Below the pieces are notes generated by a model. That model was given only the letters and a program-made list of their open reading frames with translations, made no database searches and was not told where the DNA came from. A program made the position numbers and the translations under genes. 64,000 nt of DNA. Origin: Myxococcota bacterium (lineage in GTDB: Bacteria; Myxococcota_A; UBA9160; SZUA-336). Positions 12,986 through 24,980 of this stretch are shown here, piece by piece (within the stretch, counting starts at the first letter, position 1; the number at the start of each line of letters is the position of its first letter). The stretch lies in the NCBI GenBank assembly GCA_035499075.1, contig DATJZN010000056.1:15718-79717 (forward strand), in the 5' to 3' direction.

Positions 12986-13879
12986 TTAGGGCTCGGTTCC
13001 GGCCACGAAGACGCGGATCGTGCGGAGCTCGGGAATGCCGCGCTGGGCTTCGACCAGCGCCACGAGCTTGCCGGCGTGGGCGAGCTGCAGAACGCCCTCG
13101 GTCGGGACGCCGCGGAGCTCGTGGCGGCCGAGCTGCACGCCGTTGCGCATGCGCCGGGCCACGCGCGCATCGACGTCGAACGTGGGCAGGCCCGTCGCGG
13201 CGAGCATCGGGATGAGCCGCGCCGCGAGCTCGGCCCCGGGCGCCTCGAGCGCTTCGAGCGACACGGCCTGGTCCAACGTGAACGGCCCGCTGCGCGTGCG
13301 GCACAGCTCGTAGAGATGCGCCCCGGTGCCGAGGGCGCCGCCCAGGTCGTGCGCCATCGAGCGCAGGTACGTGCCTGCGCTGCAGTCGACCTCGATCGAC
13401 AGGTACGGCGGCTCGTAGTGCGTGAGCAGCACGCGCGAGATCGACACGCGGCGCGGCTCGAGCACCACCGCTTCGCCCCGCCGCGCGCGCTTGTAGGCGG
13501 CCTGGCCGTCCTGCTTCACGGCGGAGTACGGCGGCGGCACCTGCTCGATCTCGCCTTCGAACGCTGACAGCGCCTTCTCGAGCACCGCGCGCGCCGGCCA
13601 CGGGCCCTCGCGCGTCGCGACGACCTCGCCCTCGCGGTCGTACGTGGTCGTCTCCACGCCGAGCAAGAGGGTCCCGCGGTAGCTTTTCGCGCCGTGCGTG
13701 AGGAGCTGGGACAGCTTGGTCGCCTCGCCGAGCGCGATCGGCAGCACGCCCGTGGCGAGCGGGTCGAGCGTGCCCAGGTGGCCCACGCGGCGCTGCTTCG
13801 CGATGCGCCGCACGCGCTGCACCACGTCGTGCGAGGTCAGCCCGCGCGGCTTGTCGATGACGAGGAAACCGTCGATCAC
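12986..13879 (-). CDS. truB: tRNA pseudouridine(55) synthase
   Basis: MIDGFLVIDKPRGLTSHDVVQRVRRI...VGHLGTLDPLATGVLPIALGEATK..., the catalytic Asp motif GTLDP. Confidence 0.9.
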   Translation of the reverse strand: MIDGFLVIDKPRGLTSHDVVQRVRRIAKQRRVGHLGTLDPLATGVLPIALGEATKLSQLLTHGAKSYRGTLLLGVETTTYDREGEVVATREGPWPARAVLEKALSAFEGEIEQVPPPYSAVKQDGQAAYKRARRGEAVVLEPRRVSISRVLLTHYEPPYLSIEVDCSAGTYLRSMAHDLGGALGTGAHLYELCRTRSGPFTLDQAVSLEALEAPGAELAARLIPMLAATGLPTFDVDARVARRMRNGVQLGRHELRGVPTEGVLQLAHAGKLVALVEAQRGIPELRTIRVFVAGTEP

Positions 13880-14229
13880 GACGATTCCTTCTCCGCGCGC
13901 TCGCGGGCCAGCTCGCGCAGCACGCCTTCCACGCGGTCGGCGCGCTCGATCGTGTCGTCGGGGCGGAAGTCGAGCTCGGGCACGCGGCGCACGGTGAGCT
14001 CGCCCGCGAGGCGCCGGCGGAGATACGGCTTCGCCTTCTCGAGCGCCGCAGCCGCCTCGTCGCGGTCGCCCAGCGTGCGGTAGAACACGCGCGCGAAGCT
14101 GGCATCGGGGGCGACCTTCACGTCGGTGATCGCCAGCAGCTCGAGCCGCGGGTCGCCCGTCCGTTCGCGAACGATCTCCGCGAGGCGCGCGTGAATCTCC
14201 TGCGACAGCCGGGCCGCTGAGTGCTTCAC
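13876..14229 (-). CDS. rbfA: ribosome-binding factor A
   Basis: 117 aa, ...RLAEIVRERTGDPRLELLAITDVKVAPDASFARVFY..., a KH-like RbfA fold. It overlaps truB by 4 nt. Confidence 0.9.
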   Translation of the reverse strand: MKHSAARLSQEIHARLAEIVRERTGDPRLELLAITDVKVAPDASFARVFYRTLGDRDEAAAALEKAKPYLRRRLAGELTVRRVPELDFRPDDTIERADRVEGVLRELARERAEKESS

Positions 14230-14233
14230 CGAG

Positions 14234-14590
14234 TCACTCCTGCGAGTCGGCGCGCCAGTCGTCGGGCGCGCCCTCGCCGTCTTCCTCGAGCTCTTCGATC
14301 TCGTCCAGGCGCAGCACGGTCACGTCGTCCGCGACGACCTCCGCGAGCCCCAGACTCTCGACGTATCGCACCACCTTCTCCATCGCGTCGCGCAAGTGCC
14401 TCGGGTCGACGCCCACCATCACGCAGCCGATGCACACCGAGTGGCGCTCGTCCTGGTCGGCGACCTCGGCCGCCGACACGTTGAACCGCTGGCGGATGCG
14501 GTCCTTCACGGAGCGCGCGACGCGCCGGCGCGCCTTGATCGTCTCCGCTTCGGGAAGCGCGAGTTCGATGAGCGCGGCCGCGATCAGCAT
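14234..14590 (-). CDS. DUF503 (YlxP-like) protein
   Basis: 118 aa, sitting at the conserved position between infB and rbfA. ...ELALPEAETIKARRRVARSVKDRIRQRFNVS... Confidence 0.75.
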   Translation of the reverse strand: MLIAAALIELALPEAETIKARRRVARSVKDRIRQRFNVSAAEVADQDERHSVCIGCVMVGVDPRHLRDAMEKVVRYVESLGLAEVVADDVTVLRLDEIEELEEDGEGAPDDWRADSQE

Positions 14591-14623
14591 TCCCGCCTCC
14601 GGCGGCGCCGAGCCGCCCGTTCG

Positions 14624-17158
14624 CTACAGCGTGTCCGGCGTCGCTTCGATCTCGAACGCTTCGATCCGATCTCCGACCTTCACGTCGTTGAAGTTCTCGA
14701 TGCCGATGCCGCACTCGAGCGGCGCCGCGACTTCGCGCACGTCGTCCTTGAAGCGGCGCAGCGACGACAGCTTCCCTGCGTAGATCACGATGCCGTCGCG
14801 CAGCACGCGCGCGCGCGCCTGGCGCGTGATCTTGCCGTCCTCGATGCCCGAGCCCGCGATCGTGCCGATCTTCGGGATCTGGAACAGCTCCTTCACGAGC
14901 GCGTGGCCGAGCAGCTTCTCGGTCTCCTTCGGCGGCAGCAGGCCGCGCATGAGGAGCGTGGCATCGTCGAGCAGCTCGTAGACGATGTCGAACGTGCGGA
15001 TCGCCACGCCCTCGCGCTCGGCGAGCTTGCGGGCCGCCGGCTCGGGCCGCACGTGGAAGCCGAACACGACCGCCTTCGAGGCGGCCGCGAGCATGACGTC
15101 GCTCTCCTTGATTCCTCCGACACCGGAGTGGATCACGGTGAGCTTCACCTTCTCGGTCGACAGCTTGCCCAGCGCCTCGCGGATGGCCTCCACCGTGCCC
15201 TGCACGTCGCCCTTCACCACGGCGAAGAGCTCCTTGCCGGTGTCGCCCGCGAGCTTCGCGAACAGATCCTCGGCGGAGAGGGCGGCCGGCGTCTCGGCGG
15301 TGGCCGCGGCCTTCTGCCTCTCTTCGGCGAGGCGCAGGTCCACGATCTCGCGCGCCTCGCGCTCGCTCTTCGCGACGAAGAACTCGTCGCCGGCGAGCGG
15401 CACGCCGGACAGGCCAACGACGCGCACCGGCGTCGACGGGCCGGCTTCCTTCAGCGCCGCACCCTCGGCGTCCGAGAGCGAGCGCACGCGGCCGTACGTG
15501 GTGCCCGCGACGAGCGCGTCGCCCGGGTGCAACGTCCCCTCGCGCACGAGCACGGTCGCGAGCGGACCGCGCCCGCGGTCGAGCTCGGCCTCGAGCACGG
15601 CGCCGCCTGCCGGGCCCGTCGGCCGCGCGCGCAGCTCGAGCACCTCGGCCTGCAGGGCGAGCATCTCGAGCAGCTTGTCGAGGCCCGTGCCCTTCGTGGC
15701 GGACACGTCGACGAAGATCGTGTCGCCGCCGAAGTCCTCGGCGACGAGCTGGTGCTCGAGCAGCGCCTGGCGTACGCGCTGCGGGTTCGCGTCGGACTTG
15801 TCGATCTTGTTGACGGCGACGAGGATCGGCACGCCGGCCGCGCGCGCATGGCTGATCGCCTCGACGGTCTGCGGCATGACGCCGTCGTCGGCCGCGACGA
15901 CGAGCACGACCAGGTCGGTGAGCTGCGCGCCGCGCGCGCGCATCTGCGAGAAGGCGGCGTGGCCCGGCGTGTCGACGAACGTCACCAGGCTGCCGTCGGC
16001 TGCGCGCGCCTGGTACGCACCGATGTGTTGGGTGATGCCGCCCGCCTCGCCCGCGGCGACGTTGGTCTTGCGGATCGCGTCGAGCAGCGACGTCTTCCCG
16101 TGGTCGACGTGACCCATCACGGTGACGACGGGCGGCCGCAGCACGAGCTCGGCATCGGTGGCCGCGGGCGCGCGCGCCGCCGCGATGCGCCGGTCGATCT
16201 CGGACTCGACGCGCTGCACCTCGAAGCCCAGGTCCTCGGCGACGAGCGCCGCGACGTCGCCCTCGAGGATCTCCTCGCTCGCGAGCTCCGCCTCGAGCGA
16301 GCGAGCGCGGCGCACGAGGTCGCGCACCTTCACGCCCGTCTGCCGCGACATGTCTACGAACGAGATCTGCGGGCCGATCTTCACCACGCGTTTCGTCTTG
16401 CCGGGCTGCGGCGGCACGACGAGCTTGCGCGGCTGCGGGGTGACGCGGCGGCGCTGCGACTGCGCGCGCGACTGCTGTTCGACGAGCATGCGCCGCCGCT
16501 CGAGCTGCGCTTGCACGTTCCCGCCGCGCATCATCCGCGCGATGGTCTCCTGCTCGCGCAGGGCCACGTCGGCGCGCACGGGCCGCGCGCGGGCCGGCTT
16601 GCGCACCGGCGAGTCCGCGCTCTCGCGCTCGTCGGCCTCGGCCGGCGCGGCGGTCGCCGCGGCGGCAGCTGCGACGCGCGGGGCGGCCGCTGCCTCGCCG
16701 CTCGGAGCCGCCGCCGCCGCGGGCTGCGCCGCGAGCGGATCTTCGACGACCACGACGGGGCGGTTCAGCGGCAGTGCGAGGCGCGGCTCGGACGGCCGCG
16801 GCGCGGACTCGGGCGCAGCGGCGGCGGCCAGCGGCTCGCCCGGCACGGCGGGCACGGCCTCGAGCTCGTGCGCGGCCTCGCCCCCCACCTCCGCGGCCTC
16901 GCCGACCGCCGCTTCCTCGCCGTCTTCGGTCTTGCGCTTGCGGCGGCGGATGACCGCCGAGCCGACGCGCTTCTGCACGGTCTCGGTGGCGGGCGTCGCG
17001 GCCAGCCTGCGCCGGATGGTGTTGACCTGCTCCTCGTCGAGGCTGGCCATCGGGTTGCGGATCTCGATGCCGATCTCCGCCGCCTTCTTGATGAGCTCCT
17101 CCCGCCCGAGCCCGAGCTCGGTCGCGAGGCTGTACGCTCTCATCCCTTTCGTGGCCAT
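14624..17158 (-). CDS. infB: translation initiation factor IF-2
   Basis: 844 aa with a GTPase G-domain ([16 protein letters not shown]...DTPGH...NKID) and beta-barrel domains. The N-terminus is [12 protein letters not shown]... An ATG five codons downstream is an alternative start. Confidence 0.95.
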   Translation of the reverse strand: MATKGMRAYSLATELGLGREELIKKAAEIGIEIRNPMASLDEEQVNTIRRRLAATPATETVQKRVGSAVIRRRKRKTEDGEEAAVGEAAEVGGEAAHELEAVPAVPGEPLAAAAAPESAPRPSEPRLALPLNRPVVVVEDPLAAQPAAAAAPSGEAAAAPRVAAAAAATAAPAEADERESADSPVRKPARARPVRADVALREQETIARMMRGGNVQAQLERRRMLVEQQSRAQSQRRRVTPQPRKLVVPPQPGKTKRVVKIGPQISFVDMSRQTGVKVRDLVRRARSLEAELASEEILEGDVAALVAEDLGFEVQRVESEIDRRIAAARAPAATDAELVLRPPVVTVMGHVDHGKTSLLDAIRKTNVAAGEAGGITQHIGAYQARAADGSLVTFVDTPGHAAFSQMRARGAQLTDLVVLVVAADDGVMPQTVEAISHARAAGVPILVAVNKIDKSDANPQRVRQALLEHQLVAEDFGGDTIFVDVSATKGTGLDKLLEMLALQAEVLELRARPTGPAGGAVLEAELDRGRGPLATVLVREGTLHPGDALVAGTTYGRVRSLSDAEGAALKEAGPSTPVRVVGLSGVPLAGDEFFVAKSEREAREIVDLRLAEERQKAAATAETPAALSAEDLFAKLAGDTGKELFAVVKGDVQGTVEAIREALGKLSTEKVKLTVIHSGVGGIKESDVMLAAASKAVVFGFHVRPEPAARKLAEREGVAIRTFDIVYELLDDATLLMRGLLPPKETEKLLGHALVKELFQIPKIGTIAGSGIEDGKITRQARARVLRDGIVIYAGKLSSLRRFKDDVREVAAPLECGIGIENFNDVKVGDRIEAFEIEATPDTL

Positions 17159-17177
17159 GCGACGCTCTCCAGCCCTT

Positions 17178-18461
<1,284 letters not shown>

Positions 18462-18465
18462 CGGA

Positions 18466-18978
18466 TCACCTCTTCCGCTTCTGCGGCGCTTCGCTCGGCG
18501 AGAAGGCCTTGGCGCGCTCGATCGCGGCGAACTCGATGCGCGCGTCGCCGCCGTCGCCGCGCACGGTCGCGACCGCGCCGTCGAACGCGACGAGCTCGCC
18601 CTTGAAGCGGCGGCGGCCGGCGATGGGCGCGCGCGTCTCCAGCGCGACGCGCTTGCCGACGGCGCGCGCGAAGTCCACTTCGCGCGCGAGCGTGCGGTCC
18701 ACGCCGGGCGAGCTCACCTCGAGCGTGTACGCGCCCGCGATCAGCTCTGCGACGTCGAGCCCGTGGCCGAGCTCGCGCGACACCGCCGCGCACTCGTCGA
18801 CGAGCACGCGCCCGTCGCCGCTGGGCGTGTCCACGACCACGCGCAGGAGCGAGCGCGTCGGCCCGCGGCCGAGCGCCGCGTCGACGAGCTCGAGCCCGTG
18901 GGCGCGCACGACCGGCTCGACTACGCGTCGCAGGCTCTCGGGAATGTCTTTGTACATCGCGTCGTTCGCTTGAAGCAT
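18466..18978 (-). CDS. rimP: ribosome maturation factor RimP
   Basis: ...VVRAHGLELVDAAL.RGPTRSLLRVVVD... Start chosen at the ATG at 18976-18978 (MLQANDAMYK...), preceded by a GAAGGA ribosome-binding site. The 40 upstream codons of the track ORF are R/P-rich noncoding leader. Confidence 0.85.
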   Translation of the reverse strand: MLQANDAMYKDIPESLRRVVEPVVRAHGLELVDAALGRGPTRSLLRVVVDTPSGDGRVLVDECAAVSRELGHGLDVAELIAGAYTLEVSSPGVDRTLAREVDFARAVGKRVALETRAPIAGRRRFKGELVAFDGAVATVRGDGGDARIEFAAIERAKAFSPSEAPQKRKR

Positions 18979-19026
18979 GGATCCTTCGCTCGAGCCCGGA
19001 CCTCGCCGGCGTCGGATTTCAGCGAC

Positions 19027-19052
19027 AAAAAAAGGCGGACGCACGGCCCACC
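19027..19052 (-). terminator. rho-independent terminator-like hairpin followed by U7 (pyrKD operon terminator and/or attenuator in the rimP-nusA-infB leader)
   Basis: Minus-strand RNA GGUGGGC-CGUGC-GUCCGCC followed by UUUUUUU (plus-strand A7 at 19027-19033). A run of seven A/T is very rare in this ~70% GC sequence. Confidence 0.45.
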
Positions 19053-19156
19053 TTCGCCGGAGGTCCCGGTACCCGAAAAGCGGGGGGAGAGATACCAAAC
19101 TGGGGCGTACCGGGCAACGTAGAAGCTTGATTCCTGAAGAGAATCAGGCTCGCGGG

Positions 19157-20089
19157 CTAGTCCTCGGGCCCCCACTCGCGGAGCCCGCCCACGAGCTCGC
19201 GCACCGCGGCGACGCCCTGGCGGCGGCAGTAGGCGGCGATGCCGTCCCGCACCTCGATGCCCGCGCGAGGGTTGGTGTAGCCGACCGTGCCCACCTGCAC
19301 GGCGCTGGCGCCGCACAGCAGGAAGGCCACGGCGTCCTCGCCGCTCGAGATGCCGCCGATGCCGCAGAGGGGCAGCCGCACCGCGCGACGCGCCTGCCAG
19401 ACCAGGCGCAGCGCGATCGGCAGGATGGCCGGACCCGACAGGCCGCCGAGGCCGTTGCGCAGGAACGGCCGGCGCCGCTCCACGTCGACCAGCATGCCCT
19501 GCACCGCGTTGACCAGCGACAGCGCATCGGCGCCCTCGCCTTCGCAGACGCGCGCCATCTCGGCGATCGAGGTGACGTTGGGCGACAGCTTCACGAACAG
19601 CGGCTTCGCGGTGGCCGCGCGGCACGCGCGCACGAGCGAGGCGAGCAGCTTCGGGTCCTGGCCGAACTCGATGCCCCCGCTCTTCACGTGCGGGCAGCTC
19701 GCGTTCAGCTCGAGCGCCGCGATGCGGCCCACGCCGTCCAGCCGCTTACACACTTCTGCGTAGCGCTCGATCTCGGTCTCGAACACGCTCGACACCACGG
19801 TCGTGCCGGCCGGCAGCGCGGGCAGCTTCTCGCGCACGAAGGCCTCGACGCCCACGTTCTCGAGGCTGATCGCGTTCAGCATGCCCGCCGGCGCCTCGGT
19901 GATGCGCGGCGGCACGTTGCCCGCGCGCGGCTCGAGCGTCAGCGACTTCGCGACGATGCCACCCAGCTCGTCCAACGCCACGAACGGAGCCAGCTCGGCG
20001 CCGTAGCCGCACGTGCCGCTCGCGAGCAGCACCGGGTTGCGCAGCGCGACGGCGCCGAGCGACGTGCGCAGGTCGACCTCCGCGCTCAA
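19157..20089 (-). CDS. pyrD: dihydroorotate dehydrogenase catalytic subunit (class 1B)
   Basis: ...LSAEVDLRTSLGAVALRNPVLLASGTCGYG...LSPNVT...GGISSGEDA..., a TIM-barrel DHODH. Start is TTG at 20087-20089 (L68 of the track ORF), overlapping the pyrK TGA by 2 nt. Upstream ORF codons are the antisense of pyrK. Confidence 0.85.
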   Translation of the reverse strand: MSAEVDLRTSLGAVALRNPVLLASGTCGYGAELAPFVALDELGGIVAKSLTLEPRAGNVPPRITEAPAGMLNAISLENVGVEAFVREKLPALPAGTTVVSSVFETEIERYAEVCKRLDGVGRIAALELNASCPHVKSGGIEFGQDPKLLASLVRACRAATAKPLFVKLSPNVTSIAEMARVCEGEGADALSLVNAVQGMLVDVERRRPFLRNGLGGLSGPAILPIALRLVWQARRAVRLPLCGIGGISSGEDAVAFLLCGASAVQVGTVGYTNPRAGIEVRDGIAAYCRRQGVAAVRELVGGLREWGPED

Positions 20090-20823
20090 CTCGCGCTCCA
20101 GCCCAGCGCGCTCGAGTCGAACACCGGCCCGTGCGTGCACACGTAGCGGAAGCCCGCGCTCGTGCGCACGGCGCAGCCGAGGCAGACGCCGTAGCCGCAC
20201 GCCATGTTGTTCTCGAGCGACACGTGACAGCGCGCGCCGGCCCGCGCGGCGAGCTCGTGCGCGCGCCGCATCATCGGCGTCGGGCCGCACGCGTAGACCG
20301 TCTCGCCCGCCGCGGGGGCGACGAGCTCGGTCACGAAGCCGCGCGCGCCGTGCGAGCCGTCGTCGGTGGCGACGGCGAGGTCGGCGCCCAGCGCCTCGAA
20401 GTCGGCCAGGCCCAGGATGTCCGCGCGCGTGCGCCCGCCCAGGCGGATGCGCACGCCGCGCGGCGCGTCGCGCGCCAGCTCGTACAGCGAGGCGATGCCC
20501 GTGCCGCCGCCGACCAGCCAGTCGCCCGCACGAGGCGGTGCGAAGCCGTTCCCGAGCGGACCCAGCACCGAGAGCTCCGCGCCCGCCGCCAGCTCGCCGA
20601 GCAGGCGCGTGCCGCGCCCGACCGGCTTGAAGCGGAACTCGAGGTTCGCGCCCGACTGCCGGTACACCGCCATCGGACGCGGCAGCAGCGGATCGCGATG
20701 CCGCCGCGCGGGGTCGAGCCCGAGCATCGCGAACTGTCCCGGGCGATGGCCGGGCCAGCCCGGCACCGCGAGCGACAGGCCCGTCGGCCCCGCCTCCACC
20801 ACCACCCCTCGCGTGAAGATCAA
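20086..20823 (-). CDS. pyrK: dihydroorotate dehydrogenase electron-transfer subunit
   Basis: ...RPMAVYRQSG.NLEFRFKPVGRGTRLLGEL..., an FAD/NAD-binding ferredoxin-reductase fold, plus a C-terminal [2Fe-2S] Cys cluster (CGYGVCLGCAV). Start is TTG at 20821-20823, overlapping the GNAT stop. Confidence 0.8.
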   Translation of the reverse strand: MIFTRGVVVEAGPTGLSLAVPGWPGHRPGQFAMLGLDPARRHRDPLLPRPMAVYRQSGANLEFRFKPVGRGTRLLGELAAGAELSVLGPLGNGFAPPRAGDWLVGGGTGIASLYELARDAPRGVRIRLGGRTRADILGLADFEALGADLAVATDDGSHGARGFVTELVAPAAGETVYACGPTPMMRRAHELAARAGARCHVSLENNMACGYGVCLGCAVRTSAGFRYVCTHGPVFDSSALGWSAS

Positions 20824-21246
20824 AGCGTCACCCCGAGCGTGAGTGCGTCCTCGCCGTCGCGGTAGTAGCGCGCGCGGCGTCCCTGCGCTCGAAATCCGCA
20901 CGCGGCGTACAAGGCGAGCGCCGCGGCGTTGCCGCTGCGCACCTCGAGCGACACGTTGCGCGCGCCCGCGGCGCGCAACGTGTCGAGCGCGGCGTCGAGC
21001 AGCGCGCGTCCGAGCCCGCGCCGGCGCAGCCTCGTCTCGACCGCGATCGAGTGGAGCTCCGCTTCGTCGTCGGCGCGGAGCGCGAGCGCGAAGCCGACCA
21101 GGCGCGCGCCCTCCTCCGCGACCAGCGCCACGCCGGTCGGGCGCGCGAGCGCGGCGCGGTACGCGGCGGCGGTCCACGCCTCGGGCAGCGCGTCGGCCGC
21201 GAGCCGTGCGATCGCCGCCGCGTCGTCGGCCCGCGCGGCGCGCAGG

Positions 21247-21257
<11 letters not shown>
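20820..21257 (-). CDS. GNAT-family N-acetyltransferase (RimI-like)
   Basis: 145 aa with the acetyl-CoA motif ...RRRGLGRALLDAAL....GARNVSLEVRSGNAAALALYAACGF... Its start overlaps the 3' end of the response regulator gene. Confidence 0.75.
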
Positions 21258-22610
<1,353 letters not shown>

Positions 22611-22626
<16 letters not shown>

Positions 22627-24851
22627 GGCGCCTCGGTGCGCAGCGGAAGCTCGACGATGAAGCGGCTGCCGCGCGGGCGGTTGGCGGCGACGCGCACGTA
22701 GCCGGAGTGGTCGGAGACGATGCGCGACACGATCGCGAGCCCGAGCCCCGTGCCCGCGCGTTTGGTCGAGAAGCCCGCTTCGAACAGCCGCGCGCGGTCC
22801 TCGGGCTTGATGCCCGCTCCCGTGTCGGCGACCTGCAGGTGGATCGTGCCCACCGCCGCGTCGACGCGCGTCGACAGGCTGACCTTGCGCGGGCCCGGGC
22901 CGGCTTCGTCGATGGCCGCGACCGCGTTGTCGATCAAGTTGAGGATCACGCGCCGGATCTGCTGGCGGTCGAGGTCGAGCATGGGCACCGCCGGGTCGAG
23001 CGCGGTGGTGAACTCGATCGTCGCGTTGCCGCGGTACAGCTCGACGACCTCGGCGGCGACGCGGTTCAGGTCGGTCGGCACGGGGTCGGTCGCGGGCAGG
23101 CGCGCGAAGCTCGAGAACTCCGCGAGCAGGTGCTTCATCGCCTCGACCTCGGCCGTGATCGCGTCGGTGCTCTCGCGCAGGAGCGCGGCGGACTCCGGGT
23201 CCGCGAGCTTGCCGGCCAGCTTGCGGCGCAGCCGCTGCGCGGACAGCTGGATCGGCGTGAGCGGGTTCTTGATCTCGTGGGCGATGCGGCGCGCCATCTC
23301 GCGCCAGGCGGCCATGCGCTGCACGCGCATGAGCTCGGTCACGTCGTCGACGACGACCACGAAGCCCGCGGCCGCGCCCGCCGCGTCGTGCATGCGCGAC
23401 GCGGTCCAGTTGAGCGTGCGCATCTCGCCGGCCACCGCGAGCGGCATCTGCCGCCGCAGCGTCTCCTGCGGGCCCGACGCCAGACGGTGGAGCAGGCCGG
23501 TGAGCGCCTCGAGCGCAGGCCCGCCGAGCATCTCGCCGAGCTTCTTCCCGACCCACTCGCCCGCCGGCACACCCAAGAGGCGCAGCGCGGGCGGGTTGAT
23601 CGTGCGCACCGCGAGATCGGCGTCGAGCGACATCACGCCCGCGCCGACGGCGCGCAGGATGACCTCCATCTGCGTGCGGCGGCGCTCGAGGTCGGCGCGG
23701 TTCTTCGCGAGGTCGGTCGCCATGCGGTTGAAGCCGTCGACGAGCGCCGCGATCTCGTCGTGGCCGCCGCGCGGCACGCGCACGTCGAGGTTGCCGGCCG
23801 CCACCTCGGCCGTCGCGCCCGCGAGCTGCTCGATCGGCTCGGTGACCTGCTTGGCGAGGCGGAAGCCGATCCACGACGAGAAGAGCACGCTCGACAGCGT
23901 GATCATCGCTAGCAGCAGCATCATGCTGGCCTCGAAGGTGCCCTTGCGCGGCTGCAGGCGTTCGTACGCCGCGCGCGCGGAGCGGATGGCGGCCACGCGC
24001 GTCGAGATGTCGTGCGGCAGGAAGCGGTTCACCACGACGACGCCCGAGATCTCGCGCGCGTCGGCGCTCTGGTGCACGGGCACCACCGCGCGCACCAGCT
24101 CGCCCGGGCCGGCGCCCTGGATGACGCTGTGCTCCTCGCCCGCGAGGCCCGCGCGGATCAGCGCCGACGTCGGCGCCTCGAACGCCACGACCGCCACCTC
24201 GGGATGGCGCGCCGTCGCGAGCTCCTCGAGGTCGCGGTTGAACACCTCGACGACGCCGAGGTCGTACTCCGCCTGCTTCTGCGCGACGAACTCGCGCAGC
24301 GCGTCGAGCGAGCCCGGGCGCAGCAGCTTCTTCTCGTCGAGCTGCGCGGCGATCCGGCGCGCGAACGACAGCGAGGTGTCCTTCGCCTCCTTGTAGTACG
24401 CGTCCGCCACCTCGATCGACTGGCCCAGGCTGTCGGAGAGCTCGAGCTCGAACCACACGCTGACGGCGCGCGACACGAGCAGCGCCGACAGCACGAACAG
24501 CGCCGTCGACGACAGCGCCGTCGCGAACACGAACGACGTCACGAAGCGCGTGTTGAGCTTCGAGCCGAAGCGCCCCGCGCGGCGGTCGACGAACAGCTTC
24601 ACGACGTTGCGCGACAACAGGAACACGAGCAGGCCGATCAGCACGACGCTGACGTTCAGGATCGCCAGCAGCACGGTGTCGCTCGCGAGCGGGAGCGAGT
24701 GCGCGCGCGTCAGGAGCTCCTGTTCGACCGTGAACAGGAGCAGCAGAGCGGCGCCCACGCCCGCCGCGATGCGCCAATCGCGCCGGCGCCGCCAGCGCTC
24801 GGCGGGATCGGGGCTGCGCTCGGGTGGGTTCGCGGGTTCCAAGCGCCCCAA
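22611..24851 (-). CDS. sensor histidine kinase, NtrY-like (TM, HAMP, PAS, HisKA, HATPase)
   Basis: N-terminal hydrophobic helices, then a HAMP linker, a PAS-like segment, and the H-box (...ARRIAHEIKNPLTPIQLSAQRL). G1 and G2 boxes follow (...DTGAGIKPED...GTGLGLAIV). Start is probably TTG at 24849-24851 or 24840-24842. The rest of the 2,434-aa track ORF upstream is the antisense of the TPR gene. Confidence 0.8.
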
Positions 24852-24980
24852 CGCTAACGCAGGCGCGAATTTCCTTTCAACCTTTCCGCGCGCATGGCCT
24901 CGCCGTAAGACCGTGAAAAATCGCCGGTTTGGACGCGGTCCAGCGTCAAGAGTTACAGGGGGGATTCCGAAGAGGCCGGC

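Noticed and set aside
19098-19157. Searched the rimP upstream region for a tRNA (E. coli has metY upstream of rimP)
   Set aside because: No T-loop (GTTCRA) or acceptor-stem complementarity was found. The region contains only the hairpins described in the findings.
24852-24980. Possible sigma-54 promoter (GG-N10-GC: tGGacgcggtccaGCg) in the histidine-kinase / TPR divergent intergenic region
   Set aside because: Only the GG and GC dinucleotides match. The surrounding bases do not fit TGGCACG-N4-TTGCW, and GG-N10-GC occurs by chance very often at this GC content.
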